Shown piece after piece: positions 20,695 to 32,000 of a stretch of DNA of 32,000 bases. The notes under the pieces are model-generated. The model did not search any database. It was given only the letters and a program-made list of their open reading frames with translations, and was not told the DNA's origin. The number at the start of each line of letters is the position of its first letter. Positions within the stretch are counted from its first letter, which is position 1. The stretch comes from Blochmannia endosymbiont of Camponotus modoc (GTDB lineage Bacteria; Pseudomonadota; Gammaproteobacteria; Enterobacterales; Enterobacteriaceae). The stretch lies in assembly GCF_023585785.1 (NCBI RefSeq), contig NZ_CP097765.1:1-32000 (forward strand), read 5' to 3'. The position numbers were made by a program, and so were the translations under genes.

Positions 20695-21918
20695 TCACAG
20701 TTTACGTTTTTTATCATGATTATTATTAAGTAAAGATTGAAAAGAATAATACTTGAATTGACAATATAGCCCTAATAACGTAATCAGTCCTATTATACTT
20801 AAAATGATCCAAGGTAATTGCATAAAATTTTGTTCTTTCCCAATATCATACAACCATCCACTACCACTATATCCTACAGTACCTCCTAAAGCTAGACTTA
20901 ATTTACTAAAACCTATGTAACTACTACGTGCTTTATAGTCCGTTAGTAGCGCTCCCAAAGTTTCTCTTGCAGGTTCGGCAATAATAGATCCTATGTAGAA
21001 TAAGCTAATTAAAATTAGTAAAGTATGTAAGTTTTTAACTAATCCAATAGGAAATAAACTAATTATCATAGTTATTAATCCTACCATCAAGCGCGTTTCT
21101 AGTTTGAAATATTTTTCGCTCCACCAAGTTATAGGCATGATTAATAATAAAGATAAAATTGCTTCTATGATATACATCCATTTGATATATGATAATTGAC
21201 CGGATACTTCATGAATGCGAATGGGTAACATTAACATTACTTGAGCTGATAAAATATAATAACCAGTTAGAGTGAAGACATAAATCACAAATCGTTGATT
21301 ATTAAGTACCTTTTTTATTCCTTCTAATAATGAAGCGTGGGAACTAGAAATTTTATATGCAGGTAATCGCCAGGCATTAAACACTCCGGCAATAAAAAAT
21401 AATATTGCTCCGGTAAAACATACTAATTTAAAGTTATATTGCAATAACCATGTACCTAGCACAATTCCGATAATGGCGCACATACTGTCTTCTAGCATTA
21501 ATACAGAATAAAACCTCCCTAACTCCCATGGACGAACTAATTTAATTACTAGTGCAGTACGTGGAGGATCAAATAACGTACCACCTAATGCTGATAATAC
21601 GCATGATAGACATAGTAGTACGGGGGTGTTTGCAACACTCATTATAATAAATCCCAAAGTACGAATGAATAACCCAGATACAATCATAGGTTTAGCTCCT
21701 AATTTGTCAGCAAAAGCGCCACTAAAAATACCTAGTCCCTGTTGAATAAATTGTCTTAAACCTAAAGCAAATCCTACTAAGAAAGCGCCCCATCCTAGTT
21801 GTTCGACAAAATATATTGAAATTAATGGAAAAACCACATAAAACCCTATAACTACAAACATGTTATCTATAATTAAAAAATATTTACCCAATCTTCTAGC
21901 TTTAGATATTGTATACAT
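20695..21918 (-). CDS. mdtH: MFS multidrug efflux transporter MdtH
   Basis: 407-aa ORF; [78 protein letters not shown]. Confidence 0.93.
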   Translation of the reverse strand: MYTISKARRLGKYFLIIDNMFVVIGFYVVFPLISIYFVEQLGWGAFLVGFALGLRQFIQQGLGIFSGAFADKLGAKPMIVSGLFIRTLGFIIMSVANTPVLLCLSCVLSALGGTLFDPPRTALVIKLVRPWELGRFYSVLMLEDSMCAIIGIVLGTWLLQYNFKLVCFTGAILFFIAGVFNAWRLPAYKISSSHASLLEGIKKVLNNQRFVIYVFTLTGYYILSAQVMLMLPIRIHEVSGQLSYIKWMYIIEAILSLLLIMPITWWSEKYFKLETRLMVGLITMIISLFPIGLVKNLHTLLILISLFYIGSIIAEPARETLGALLTDYKARSSYIGFSKLSLALGGTVGYSGSGWLYDIGKEQNFMQLPWIILSIIGLITLLGLYCQFKYYSFQSLLNNNHDKKRKL

Positions 21919-22525
21919 GAGTCACCGTTTATGTATTTTCGTATACATTATTATTTACTGTATGCACGAAAATTATTTTAAAAATAATTATAATTTTTTA
22001 ATTTTTAAGTGTAGTGAAAATTAATATGTATCTTCTATTTTTTATGAGATATTTACATATAATAATATTGATATTGTTTACAGTTTATTTTTTTGTATAT
22101 GTTATTTTAGGCATAAAATTTTAAAAAATAGGTGTAACTATATTTATTGAAGGTTAAAAAAAATTATGCATATATGTGACATATTTATGTATAAATAATT
22201 TTGTAGAAAAATTAAAGAAGCATTTTAAGCGATCATCTTTTAAAATATGCGAAATAAGAAATATGATTTTTGTCATGGTTATTTTTTCATGAGTACTGTG
22301 TTTTATATGTATTAGTCTGCATATACTATATCAGAGATATGTAATAATTGTAATTATATGTGAACTGTATTAGCATTTTAAATATATGATTTTTAAAAAA
22401 TTTTTAAATGTTCTTTCGTGGAAAGAATTTTAAAATTGTACATAAAATTGGAGCAATTGTTTAAGTTATAAAAAAATAGTGTTTTTGTGTTGTTGTGTTA
22501 ATACTAAATACTAAAAAATTTTAAT

Positions 22526-24070
22526 ATGATGAATCTGTTAAAGTCTTTGACTGCAATAAGTTTTATAACTATTTTATCTCGTATTTTGGGTTTTATTAGA
22601 GATACTATCATGGCTCGAATGTTTGGAGTCAGTATTATGACAGATGCATTCTTTATTGCTTTCAAATTGCCTAATTTATTAAGACGTATTTTTGCTGAAG
22701 GAGCATTCTATCAAGTTTTTCTTCCTATATTATCAGAATATCAATCTCGAGAAAGTAAAGAAGAAATACGAGTGTTTATTTCTAGAGTATCTGCCTTGTT
22801 AATAGTTACCGTAACTGTTGTAGTATTCATTGGGTTACTGATAGCACCTTGGGTTATTATGGTTATTGCTCCAGGTTTTAATAGTTCTTCAGAAAAATTT
22901 ATTATGACTATTGAGATGTTTCGAGTGATGCTTCCTTATATTTTATTAGTATCATTGACATCATTAATGGGGGCGATTTTGAATGCTTGTAATTTTTTTT
23001 TAGTTCCAGCGTTTACTCCTATTTTTTTAAATATTAGCATGATAAGTTACATGTTATTGATAGGATGTTCATATTTTCATATTCCTATTATGGGTTTAGC
23101 TTGGTCAGTTATTATAGGGGGAGTATTACAGTGTGTTTATTGTTTGCTATTTTTAAAAAAAATTAATATGTTAGTTATTCCAAAAATGCAACTTTATGAT
23201 AATAGGGTGTGTAGAATATTCCGGTCCATGGTGCCTGCTGTGATTGCGGTCTCAAGTAGTCAAATATCATTAATTATTAATACTGTTTTTGCGTCTTTTT
23301 TAATAGATGGTTCTGTTTCTTGGATGTATTATGCTGATAGATTGATGGAATTACCTATTGGAGTTTTTGGTGTAACATTAAGCACTATTTTAGTGCCATA
23401 TTTATCTCGTTTTATTTCTAGGAAAAATTATGGAGATTATCATTATTTAATGAATTGGGGTATGAGATTATGTTTTATATTAAGTTTACCTAGTGCTCTT
23501 ATTTTAGGTGTTTTTTCTGAACCATTAGTAATAACATTGTTTAAGTATGGGAAATTTTTAGAATTTGATGTGTTAATGACACAGTATTCTGTAATTGCAT
23601 ATGCAATAGGTTTGCCTGGGTTAATTTTTACCAAAGTATTAACATCTGGTTTTTATGCTCTCCGTGATATTAAAACTCCAGCGTATATAGTTGTTATTGT
23701 ACTTTTTTTTACTCAATTTATAAATTTAGTATGCATTAATACATTAAAGCATATTGTTTTTGCTTTTTCTATCAGTTTGGGTGCATGGCTAAATGCGGGG
23801 TTGTTATATTGGAAATTTAAAAAAAAATATCTATTTCAATTGCAATCTGGATGGTTATTGTTTTGTTGCCAATTAATGATTGCTCTTTTTGTAATGTGTA
23901 TAGTATGTTTAGGATTATTAGCGTATGTATCTAGTTGGGATCAAGGAAATATCTTGTATAGATTAGTTAGAATGATAGGGGCTTTGATATTAGTTAGCAG
24001 TAGTTATGGTATAATGTTATGGTGTGTAGGAATGCGTTTAAAAGATTTTATTTTTTTGAGTAAAGATTGA
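22526..24070 (+). CDS. murJ: Lipid II flippase MurJ (MviN)
   Basis: 514-aa ORF; LKSLTAISFITILSRILGFIRDTIMARMFG, DAFFIAFKLPNLLRRIFAEGAF, YYADRLMELPIGVFGVTLSTILVPYLS. Confidence 0.95.
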   Translation: MMNLLKSLTAISFITILSRILGFIRDTIMARMFGVSIMTDAFFIAFKLPNLLRRIFAEGAFYQVFLPILSEYQSRESKEEIRVFISRVSALLIVTVTVVVFIGLLIAPWVIMVIAPGFNSSSEKFIMTIEMFRVMLPYILLVSLTSLMGAILNACNFFLVPAFTPIFLNISMISYMLLIGCSYFHIPIMGLAWSVIIGGVLQCVYCLLFLKKINMLVIPKMQLYDNRVCRIFRSMVPAVIAVSSSQISLIINTVFASFLIDGSVSWMYYADRLMELPIGVFGVTLSTILVPYLSRFISRKNYGDYHYLMNWGMRLCFILSLPSALILGVFSEPLVITLFKYGKFLEFDVLMTQYSVIAYAIGLPGLIFTKVLTSGFYALRDIKTPAYIVVIVLFFTQFINLVCINTLKHIVFAFSISLGAWLNAGLLYWKFKKKYLFQLQSGWLLFCCQLMIALFVMCIVCLGLLAYVSSWDQGNILYRLVRMIGALILVSSSYGIMLWCVGMRLKDFIFLSKD

Positions 24071-24099
24071 TATTGATGTAATAAAAGAGATATTAATTT

Positions 24100-25845
24100 T
24101 TACATATATCTTACCGTTTTAATTCCCAATAAATTTAATCCTGTTTTCAAAATACGAACAGTAATTAATGCTAATTTTAATCTACTATATTTTATATGTA
24201 TATTATGCGCTTTGATAATGGGACAGTTTTCATAAAAGGAGGAAAATAATACGGATAATTTATATAAATAAGAACACAGTATGTGAGGAGCTCCTTGATT
24301 TGATACCGCAACAATCATTTCTTCAAATTGAAGCAAACAAATTGCTAACAATATTTCTTCTTCAGTTTCTAATTGAATATTGTTTTTTTTTAATTGAAAA
24401 CTAGGTTGTTTAGATCTCTTAAAAATAGCAAAAATCCTGGTACATGCATACTGCACATAAGGTGCTGTATTTCCTTCAAAGTTTAACATGTTATTCCAAT
24501 CAAATATGTAATCTGTAATACGATTTTTTGATAGCTCAGAATATTTAATAGCTCCAATACTAATAATATGTGCTAGTTTATTAATTTCAGTATATTTTAA
24601 ATTAGGGTTTTTTCTTAATATTAAACAACGAGCGCGTTCTAAAGCTTCATCTAATAATGTTTTTAATTTCAACGCATTGCCAGATCGTGTTTTAAATGGT
24701 TTACCGTCTTTTCCAAGCAGCATACCGCACATATGGTGTTCTAATAACACTGATTTTCCTATATAACCTGCTTTATCAGCAATTTCCCATGCTTGTATTA
24801 GATGTTGTTTTTGTCGAGAATCAATATAGTAAATAATTCTATCAGCATGTAGTACCTTACAACGATATTTTATACAAGCAATATCAGTAGTGCTGTATAA
24901 ATAAGCTCCGTCTTTTTTTTGAATAATGACTCCAAAAGGAGCACCGTGTTTGTTATGATAATTTTCGAGAAATACCACAGTAGCTCCATTACTTGTAACG
25001 GCTAAGCCTTTATTTTTTAAATCTGACACAATATCAGGCAGCATATCATTGTAAAAACTTTCTCCTATAATGTCGCTTTTTTTTAAGTTAATATTCAATC
25101 GTACATATATGTTCTGATTGTTTAATATGGAAATATCTACTAGATGTTTCCATATTTGACGATAATGTTTATTGCCTTTTTGTAATTTTAGAACATAATT
25201 TCGGGACAATTCAGCAAAATCAGGATCAATATCATATTTTTTTTTAGCTTCTCGGTAAAAATGTTCTAGCGTAGATAATTGTATAGTTTTATTTAATACA
25301 AACCCAGTTTGTGTATTTTTCTCTATATAGGCGATAAGCATACCGAATTGAGTGCCCCAATCTCCTATGTGGTTGACTCGAATGACATTATGTCCTAAAA
25401 AAGATAAGACACGTGCGATACTATCTCCGATAACAGTTGAACGTAAATGCCCAACATGCATTTCTTTTGCAACATTTGGGCCGGAATAGTCAATAACAAT
25501 AGTTTTTGGTGTAGCTGGAGTAATACCTAAATGAGATGCGGAAAAAATATTATTAATTTGATTGGATATCCATGTTGGATTTAAAAATATATTAATAAAT
25601 CCTGGTTTTTCAATTTTTATTGTATGAGCAACATCATTTAAATTAATAAATTTTATGAATTTTTTAGAGAATTCTTCCACAGGTATATTGAGTTTCTTAG
25701 AGATAGCTATTAATCCATTAATTTGATAGTTTCCAAATTTTCTTTTTGTTGATTGTTGTACTTGTATCAAATGAAAAAATGATTCATTTGTAATTGCAAG
25801 TAAAGCTCGATGAATTTTTTTTAGTAAAAATTTTTGAATATTCAT
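24100..25845 (-). CDS. argS: Arginine--tRNA ligase
   Basis: 581-aa ORF; VIDYSGPNVAKEMHVGHLRSTVIGDSIARVLSFLGHNVIRVNHIGDWGTQFGMLI, MLLGKDGKPFKTRSGN, YVQYACTRI. Confidence 0.96.
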   Translation of the reverse strand: MNIQKFLLKKIHRALLAITNESFFHLIQVQQSTKRKFGNYQINGLIAISKKLNIPVEEFSKKFIKFINLNDVAHTIKIEKPGFINIFLNPTWISNQINNIFSASHLGITPATPKTIVIDYSGPNVAKEMHVGHLRSTVIGDSIARVLSFLGHNVIRVNHIGDWGTQFGMLIAYIEKNTQTGFVLNKTIQLSTLEHFYREAKKKYDIDPDFAELSRNYVLKLQKGNKHYRQIWKHLVDISILNNQNIYVRLNINLKKSDIIGESFYNDMLPDIVSDLKNKGLAVTSNGATVVFLENYHNKHGAPFGVIIQKKDGAYLYSTTDIACIKYRCKVLHADRIIYYIDSRQKQHLIQAWEIADKAGYIGKSVLLEHHMCGMLLGKDGKPFKTRSGNALKLKTLLDEALERARCLILRKNPNLKYTEINKLAHIISIGAIKYSELSKNRITDYIFDWNNMLNFEGNTAPYVQYACTRIFAIFKRSKQPSFQLKKNNIQLETEEEILLAICLLQFEEMIVAVSNQGAPHILCSYLYKLSVLFSSFYENCPIIKAHNIHIKYSRLKLALITVRILKTGLNLLGIKTVRYM

Positions 25846-25931
25846 ATAAGTGTTTTAAACATATATTATTTCTATATTAGCAATATAATTAAAGATTTAA
25901 TTCTATTTATAATAAAAAATATCATAAATAA

Positions 25932-25975
25932 AAACCATATACAAGGACACAAATGTATCCTTGTATATGGTTTTG
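25932..25975. repeat. Inverted repeat / stem-loop, 17 bp perfect plus inner mismatch and 2 more pairs; terminator-like on minus strand
   Basis: aaaaccatatacaagga (25932-25948) is the reverse complement of tccttgtatatggtttt (25959-25975); read leftward the stem is followed by a T-rich stretch GGTTTTTTATTTATGAT. Confidence 0.88.
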
Positions 25976-26248
25976 TTGTGTATTATTTATTTTAAATGAT
26001 TAAGTGTTGTAATATTATTTAAATAAATATAAGTTAAATTTAAATTATGGTTAATTTAAACAAATTTTAGTGTAGTGTAGAAAAAGGTTCTATAATGTTT
26101 TTTCAGATTATTCACATCATGTTGGAAATAGCTTTATTTTTATGAATTGTTGAAAACAAAAGCGTATATATTTTTGTCAGCTACAATATACATATGTTTA
26201 ATTGATATGTAATTTTCTGTAAAATAGATATTATCCAATTCGATATTC

Positions 26249-27991
26249 ATGATTAGAGGTATTCGTATGCGTACTGCATATTGCGGTCAATTGAATTTGT
26301 CCCATGTAGGTTTAGAAGTTACATTATGCGGTTGGATTAATAAATATCGTAATTTTGGTGGGTTAATTTTTATTGATTTGCGTGATAGAGAAGGATGTAT
26401 ACAGGTTTGTTTTGATTCACATCAAAACAAAGAAGTGTGTATATCTGCTGCTAAATTGAAACAAGAATTTTGTATACAGTTAATAGGTATGGTGCGTGCA
26501 CGCCCTAAAAACCAAATTAATAGTAATATATCTACCGGTGCTATTGAAGTAGTAGCGAAAAAATTTTCTATTCTTAATATTTCTGATCCATTACCATTGG
26601 ATATCAGTAAAAATAATATTGAAGAAAATAGATTAAAATATCGTTATCTTGACTTAAGACGTTCTATTATGTTTTATCGAATAAAAACTCGATCGCGTAT
26701 TATGTCAATTGTTCATCGTTTTATGGAATTAGAGGGATTTTTGAATATTGAAACACCGATGTTAACAAAAGTTACTCCAGAAGGTTCTCGTGATTATATT
26801 GTTCCTAGTAGATTGCACACGGGTAAAAATTATGCTTTACCTCAATCACCTCAAATATTTAAACAATTATTAATGGTTTCTGGTTTTGATAGATATTATC
26901 AAATTACTAAATGTTTTCGGGATGAAGATTCACGTGCAGATCGTCAGCCAGAGTTTACTCAAATAGATATTGAAACTTCTTTTATGACAACACAAAAAAT
27001 ACGAGAACTTATGGAAATTTTTATTCGTATCATTTGGCGTGAAATTTTAAATGTAGAACTGGGAGTATTTTCGCAGTTTACATATTCTGAAGTAATGCAA
27101 CGTTTTGGATCTGATGCTCCAGATTTGAGAAATCCAATAGAAATGTTTGATGTATCATATTTATTTAAGTCAACACAGAATAGGTTGTCATTTATTAGAG
27201 CAAATAATATTGATGTGCAGGCAATAGCTATGAAGGTACCTAATGGTAGACAATTGACACAAAGACAGATCGATGAGTATATTTATTATTCTAAACAATG
27301 TGGCTTGAAGGAATTAATGTGGGTTAAGGTTCAATTTAGTGATAATGATATTACTAAAAAAGAGATTCAAGGATCAGTCACTAATTTTATAGATAACTTA
27401 ACTTTAGATGTTATTTTAAATAAAACTAATATTAACAGTCATGACATTTTGTTTGTTGGGTTTAATGATAATAAAAACCAATCTATCACAAAAATGTTAA
27501 GTTCTTTAAGATTAAAATTAGGTAATGATCTTTGTTTAATCAAGAAAGATTCTTGGGCTCCTCTATGGGTAATAGATTTCCCGATGTTTAAAAAGAACAG
27601 TCATGGAGAATATATATCTATGCATCATATGTTTACTTCTCCAAAAAATTGTGACATTCAAATGTTAAAGAAAGATCCGTTATTAGTAACTTCAGAAGCT
27701 TATGATATGGTGATTAATGGTTGCGAGATTGGTAGTGGATCAGCACGTATTCATTCATTTGATATACAACAAGAGGTATTTAACATTTTAGGTATTACTC
27801 AAAACGATCAGAAAAAAAAATTTGGGTATTTCATGGATGCATTAAAATATGGAGCGCCTCCACATGCTGGTTTGGCATTTGGATTGGATCGGATAGCTAT
27901 GTTATTAACTGGTTCTAAGAGCATTCGGGAGGTAATTGCGTTTCCTAAAACTACGGCATCAGCGGATATAATGACTGATGCGCCTGATTAA
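26249..27991 (+). CDS. aspS: Aspartate--tRNA ligase
   Basis: 580-aa ORF; [91 protein letters not shown] start at the MRTAY methionine (26267) is more likely than at 26249. Confidence 0.96.
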   Translation: MIRGIRMRTAYCGQLNLSHVGLEVTLCGWINKYRNFGGLIFIDLRDREGCIQVCFDSHQNKEVCISAAKLKQEFCIQLIGMVRARPKNQINSNISTGAIEVVAKKFSILNISDPLPLDISKNNIEENRLKYRYLDLRRSIMFYRIKTRSRIMSIVHRFMELEGFLNIETPMLTKVTPEGSRDYIVPSRLHTGKNYALPQSPQIFKQLLMVSGFDRYYQITKCFRDEDSRADRQPEFTQIDIETSFMTTQKIRELMEIFIRIIWREILNVELGVFSQFTYSEVMQRFGSDAPDLRNPIEMFDVSYLFKSTQNRLSFIRANNIDVQAIAMKVPNGRQLTQRQIDEYIYYSKQCGLKELMWVKVQFSDNDITKKEIQGSVTNFIDNLTLDVILNKTNINSHDILFVGFNDNKNQSITKMLSSLRLKLGNDLCLIKKDSWAPLWVIDFPMFKKNSHGEYISMHHMFTSPKNCDIQMLKKDPLLVTSEAYDMVINGCEIGSGSARIHSFDIQQEVFNILGITQNDQKKKFGYFMDALKYGAPPHAGLAFGLDRIAMLLTGSKSIREVIAFPKTTASADIMTDAPD

Positions 27992-28283
27992 TTTATGTCA
28001 TCAAGTAGAAGTGTTTAATATTGTAGTATTTATGTGGGTAGATTGGTTGTGTATTAGTAAAAATATTTAAGGAGGTCATTATAGATATTTTAAAACATAA
28101 AAGTAATCAATAGATATTACTATATGTAATTATTTGTCACAAGGTACATAAGTAATGTGATTGTTTTATTGAGAGACAGCGTTAAAATTAAAGTCATTTG
28201 TATTATTTTCTGTAATAATTTCTTTTAATTTTGGTCAGAATGATTCTCTTTTTGTTGGAGATCGTAATATAGGCTATTAATTA

Positions 28284-29642
28284 GTGCGTAGTATTATTGT
28301 TAGTTCTATTAAGTTATTATATCGTTATATGCATAAGCATTATTTTATAATGGTATTTTTGTTTCTGTTAATGATTGTGATTGTAATGGTTTGCGAAGTT
28401 TTTATTTCATGCACGTTGAATAAAAATAAAAAAAATTCTAGCAAAGCATTTCTTATTAAGAACCATGAGTTTCATCAATTTGAAATTATGAAAAATGGAA
28501 AATTTTTCAATAATGTGATGGTTCGTTCTAATATTTTAAAGAAACACTGGTATTTTAATAAGTCATCAAGAGAAATAAACATGTATAACTATACAGTATC
28601 TCAGAATGAGATATTGAGTAAAATTTTAATAAAATATAGTAGCAATGGTATCGATGCTTCTGAAATTACTCTTTTGCTACAACAGTATCCAATATTAAGA
28701 CAGATAAAAATGGGGCAAATACTTTCTTGGATAATAATTACAAAAAAAAAATTACAATGCTTAGTTTGGGATATTTTTCCGCAAGAAATTCGTGTCTACA
28801 ATCGTATGGATACTAGTTTTACAGAAGGAATTATTAGATTTTTAAATCAATTAAATGACGGGTTATCTCCTTCAATTTTATTTATAGGTACATTAAATGG
28901 AACATTTATTGATAGCGCTCGTTCTTTAGGTATAGAGGAAAATTGTATTACAGATATAACTAATGCATTACGATATCAATTAGATTTTCACAAACTACAT
29001 CAGGGAGATAGATTTGCTGTGTTAATATCAATAATGATAAATGCTGATCATAGTATTAAAAGTACATTACTTGGAGCGAGATTGTGTACTGCTGGTAAAG
29101 ATTACTATGTATTTCGCGCAAATAACGGTAAATTGTATGATCGTGAAGCTGTGAGATTGGGGGGTAATTTTATACGCTTTCCTACATTAAAACCATTTCG
29201 TGTGTCTTCTAATTTTAATTTAAATAGATTAAATCCTGTGACTGGTCAAGTATCCCCTCATTCTGGAGTTGATTTTGCTGTTCCAATAGGTACTCCTGTT
29301 GTATCTGTAGGAGATGGAGAAGTTATCGTCAGCGCATATAGTAAAATTGCTGGTAATTATGTGACAATTAGGCATAATTGCCATTGTACAACTCGATATA
29401 TGCATTTAAAAAAGTTATTAGTTAAGCCTGGACAAAGAGTTAAATTAGGTGACAACATAGCGCTATCTGGAAATACAGGTCGATCGACAGGGCCTCATTT
29501 ACATTTTGAAATATGGATCAATCATCGCCCTGTAAACCCATTAACCACTACATTATTGAATTTTGAGAAGTTATTAGGACATGAACGTACGATATATTTA
29601 AATCAAGTAAAAGAAATTCTTCCTCAACTACGTTTTGATTAG
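28284..29642 (+). CDS. mepM: Murein DD-endopeptidase MepM (M23 family)
   Basis: 452-aa ORF with N-terminal TM, LysM/OapA-like segment, and M23 motifs HSGVDFAVPIGTPV, GNYVTIRHNCHCTTRYMHL, GRSTGPHLHFEIW; next to pykA-zwf as in enterics. Confidence 0.9.
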   Translation: MRSIIVSSIKLLYRYMHKHYFIMVFLFLLMIVIVMVCEVFISCTLNKNKKNSSKAFLIKNHEFHQFEIMKNGKFFNNVMVRSNILKKHWYFNKSSREINMYNYTVSQNEILSKILIKYSSNGIDASEITLLLQQYPILRQIKMGQILSWIIITKKKLQCLVWDIFPQEIRVYNRMDTSFTEGIIRFLNQLNDGLSPSILFIGTLNGTFIDSARSLGIEENCITDITNALRYQLDFHKLHQGDRFAVLISIMINADHSIKSTLLGARLCTAGKDYYVFRANNGKLYDREAVRLGGNFIRFPTLKPFRVSSNFNLNRLNPVTGQVSPHSGVDFAVPIGTPVVSVGDGEVIVSAYSKIAGNYVTIRHNCHCTTRYMHLKKLLVKPGQRVKLGDNIALSGNTGRSTGPHLHFEIWINHRPVNPLTTTLLNFEKLLGHERTIYLNQVKEILPQLRFD

Positions 29643-29816
29643 ATGTGTTTAATTTTATAATTTTTTAGCAATATAGTTTTTATTTAGTTTCTTTTTTTAA
29701 GACAGTTTATGCGCATGCATTCGTGTTTTGTTTTTAAGTAATATTACATATTATATGTATAACGATATTATTAATTTTTTATTTAATTGCAAAAAAAATA
29801 TTTCAATCAATGATAA

Positions 29817-31265
29817 TTATTCTACTTGTAAAATGTGACTAATATTAATTACATCACATTTATTGTATATATCATTTTGTATCACAACTACTAATTCACC
29901 AGATAGAAGAAGTCCTTTGTCGCGTAATAAATTACTAGCATATTTGGCATCTATCACGTTATTCCCTGTTCTATTAAAATAAATAGGGATAACTCCTTTG
30001 TAAAGAGTAACTATATTTAAGATGTGTTTGTGTTGGGATAAAGCAAAAATAGGTAATTTTGAATTGATACGAGACATTAATAACGTAGTACGTTCAAATT
30101 CAGTCAAAACGATAATAGCACTTACTCCTGTTAGGTGATTGGCAGTATACATTGCAGATATAGCGATAGCTTCTTCGATATCATCAAATTTTTTTTTTTG
30201 GTTGATGTCTGATAAAAAATTGATTTTTGAAATTTTTTCGGCACCTAAACATACATTAGCCATAGCTGCTACAGTTTCAGATGGATATTGACCTGTAGCA
30301 GTTTCAGCGGATAACATAACTGCGTCAGTACCATCCAATACTGCATTAGCTACGTCCATTACTTCTGCGCGAGTAGGCATAGAATTATGAATCATAGATT
30401 CCATCATTTGAGTTGCGGTAATGACTGCTCGATTAAGAGCGTGTGCTCTTTGTATTATTTTTTTTTGCACACCCACTAGTTCTGGTTCTCCAATTTCTAC
30501 TCCTAAATCTCCTCGAGCTACCATTACTGCGTCTGATGCGTGAATGATATCATCTATTGTTTCGTCAGATGCAACTACTTCTGCGCGTTCTATTTTAGAA
30601 ATAATTTTTGCATGACTACCAGCATCGACAATTAATTTTCGTGCACAATTTAAATCTATACTGCTACGAGGAAATGATATTGCTAGGTAGTCAACTCCAA
30701 TTTGAGCCGCGGTGATAATATCAATTTTATCCTTGTTTGTTAAGACTTTCGCTGAAAGTCCTCCTCCTAATTTGTTTAAGCCTTTATTGTTGTATAACAT
30801 ACCGCCAATAATTACTTTAGTATATATTTTAGTGTTATGGATTTTTATAACTTTTAATTGAATTTTCCCATCATCTAATAGAAGTAAATCTTCTGGGTGC
30901 ACGTCTTGATCGAGTTCTTTGTAATCAACACCTACGCATTTGTGATTACCTTTATTATTGTTTGTCATCATGGCATCAATTAAAAAGTTATCTCCAGATT
31001 TTAAATATATTTTGTTTCCTTGAAAAGTTGAGATACGGATTTTAGGGCCTTGTAAATCTCCAAGAATAGCAATATATATACTTAGTTTGGAAGCGATTTC
31101 GCGTACTTTTTCTGCTCGGAAAAAGTGTTCTTGTGTTTTTCCATGAGAAAAATTTAGTCGTACGATATTTGCTCCTGAGATAATTATTTTTTCAAGATTG
31201 TTACCTTTATCTGTAGCAGGACCTAAAGTAGCGATAATTTTAGTTCTTCTCAATTGTTGAGACAT
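29817..31265 (-). CDS. pykA: Pyruvate kinase II
   Basis: 482-aa ORF; [97 protein letters not shown]. Confidence 0.96.
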   Translation of the reverse strand: MSQQLRRTKIIATLGPATDKGNNLEKIIISGANIVRLNFSHGKTQEHFFRAEKVREIASKLSIYIAILGDLQGPKIRISTFQGNKIYLKSGDNFLIDAMMTNNNKGNHKCVGVDYKELDQDVHPEDLLLLDDGKIQLKVIKIHNTKIYTKVIIGGMLYNNKGLNKLGGGLSAKVLTNKDKIDIITAAQIGVDYLAISFPRSSIDLNCARKLIVDAGSHAKIISKIERAEVVASDETIDDIIHASDAVMVARGDLGVEIGEPELVGVQKKIIQRAHALNRAVITATQMMESMIHNSMPTRAEVMDVANAVLDGTDAVMLSAETATGQYPSETVAAMANVCLGAEKISKINFLSDINQKKKFDDIEEAIAISAMYTANHLTGVSAIIVLTEFERTTLLMSRINSKLPIFALSQHKHILNIVTLYKGVIPIYFNRTGNNVIDAKYASNLLRDKGLLLSGELVVVIQNDIYNKCDVINISHILQVE

Positions 31266-31931
31266 AATAATAGTTCCTTATGCGACTTAAATTTAAATAA
31301 TCAATATTAAAGAATGGCGATCATTAATTATGTTATTTATGTTATAATTTATGTTTATTTTATATTAAATTTTAATATACTATATGACAGTATATATATT
31401 ATAAATAGAATATTTGTTCTTGATATTTATAAAATAATTAATTAAATTTTTTGGAAATATTAGCAACATTAATGTAATAGCATCTAAGATTATAAATATT
31501 AATGATAATCTATCGATTAAATAAACACATAGATAGTTACAGTTGTGGTAGATAGGATTTTTTAATATAAAATAAACTATTCAATTATGAACAAACTTAT
31601 GATACGTTAATTCAGTTATTGCAAAATATGTATTATTATATATTTTATTAATCTTTAGGCATATTAATTTTTTGGATATGTAGTTTGATGATATATCTTA
31701 AAAAATATAAAAATGTGTTAAAAACATTGTGAAAATATAAAGACAATTAATAATCAATATTATAAATAATGTCTAATTTCTTACGGGTTGTTATTTTTAT
31801 AAACTCAAATTTAATTAGGCTACTTATTATTGTGTTTTGATTAAATATAACAAGTTTGTATTGTTATATAACCTACCTATATATGATGAATATTAGAAAC
31901 TTATATTCATTTAACATATCAGAGAATAAAT

Positions 31932-32000
31932 ATGAGATTAACATCTATCACTCAAGCATGTAATTTAATTATTTTTGGAGCAAAAGGTGATTTGGCACGC
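31932..32000 (+). CDS. zwf: Glucose-6-phosphate 1-dehydrogenase, N-terminal fragment, runs off window
   Basis: ATG at 31932 reads MRLTSITQACNLIIFGAKGDLAR, matching the N-terminus of Zwf (VIFGAKGDLARR) next to pykA. Confidence 0.85.
   Translation, partial: MRLTSITQACNLIIFGAKGDLAR

Noticed and set aside
25932-25975. T-box or other tRNA-sensing leader upstream of argS
   Set aside because: T-boxes are essentially a Gram-positive feature and no T-box consensus (AGGGUGGNACCGCG) is visible; only a terminator-like hairpin is supported.
1-32000. CRISPR arrays, IS elements, prophage, toxin-antitoxin or other accessory systems
   Set aside because: No spaced direct repeats, transposase/integrase motifs or non-housekeeping gene clusters were seen; gene content is core and syntenic with enterics.

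Overview
This is an AT-rich window from a reduced gammaproteobacterial endosymbiont genome. Gene content, order and protein similarity fit an ant symbiont of the 'Candidatus Blochmannia' type; this assignment is from recall, not a database search. On recalled homology it carries ddlA, tRNA-Pro(GGG), rplY, folE, metG (short form), gnd, the full histidine operon hisGDCBHAFI on the minus strand, sbcB, tmaR/yeeX, a gutQ-type arabinose-5-phosphate isomerase, tRNA-Asn(GUU), tRNA-Ser(CGA), tRNA-Ser(GGA), mdtH, murJ, argS, aspS, mepM, pykA and the first codons of zwf. I see no phage, transposon, CRISPR, toxin or defence system, and no clearly new multi-gene system. The best leads are: (1) hisH is split by a +1-correctable frameshift exactly at an A11 tract, a candidate for rescue by transcriptional slippage, with an in-frame A11 control tract in pykA; (2) long perfect intergenic stem-loops (30 bp just before ddlA, 29 bp with a GGAA tetraloop between two convergent tRNA-Ser genes, 17 bp between divergent argS and aspS); (3) ddlA terminates inside the antisense of tRNA-Pro, its TGA stop being the complement of the conserved T-loop; (4) gutQ rather than kdsD, tmaR and sbcB are retained, metG is shortened, and there are roughly 0.9 kb ORF-free spacers around folE.
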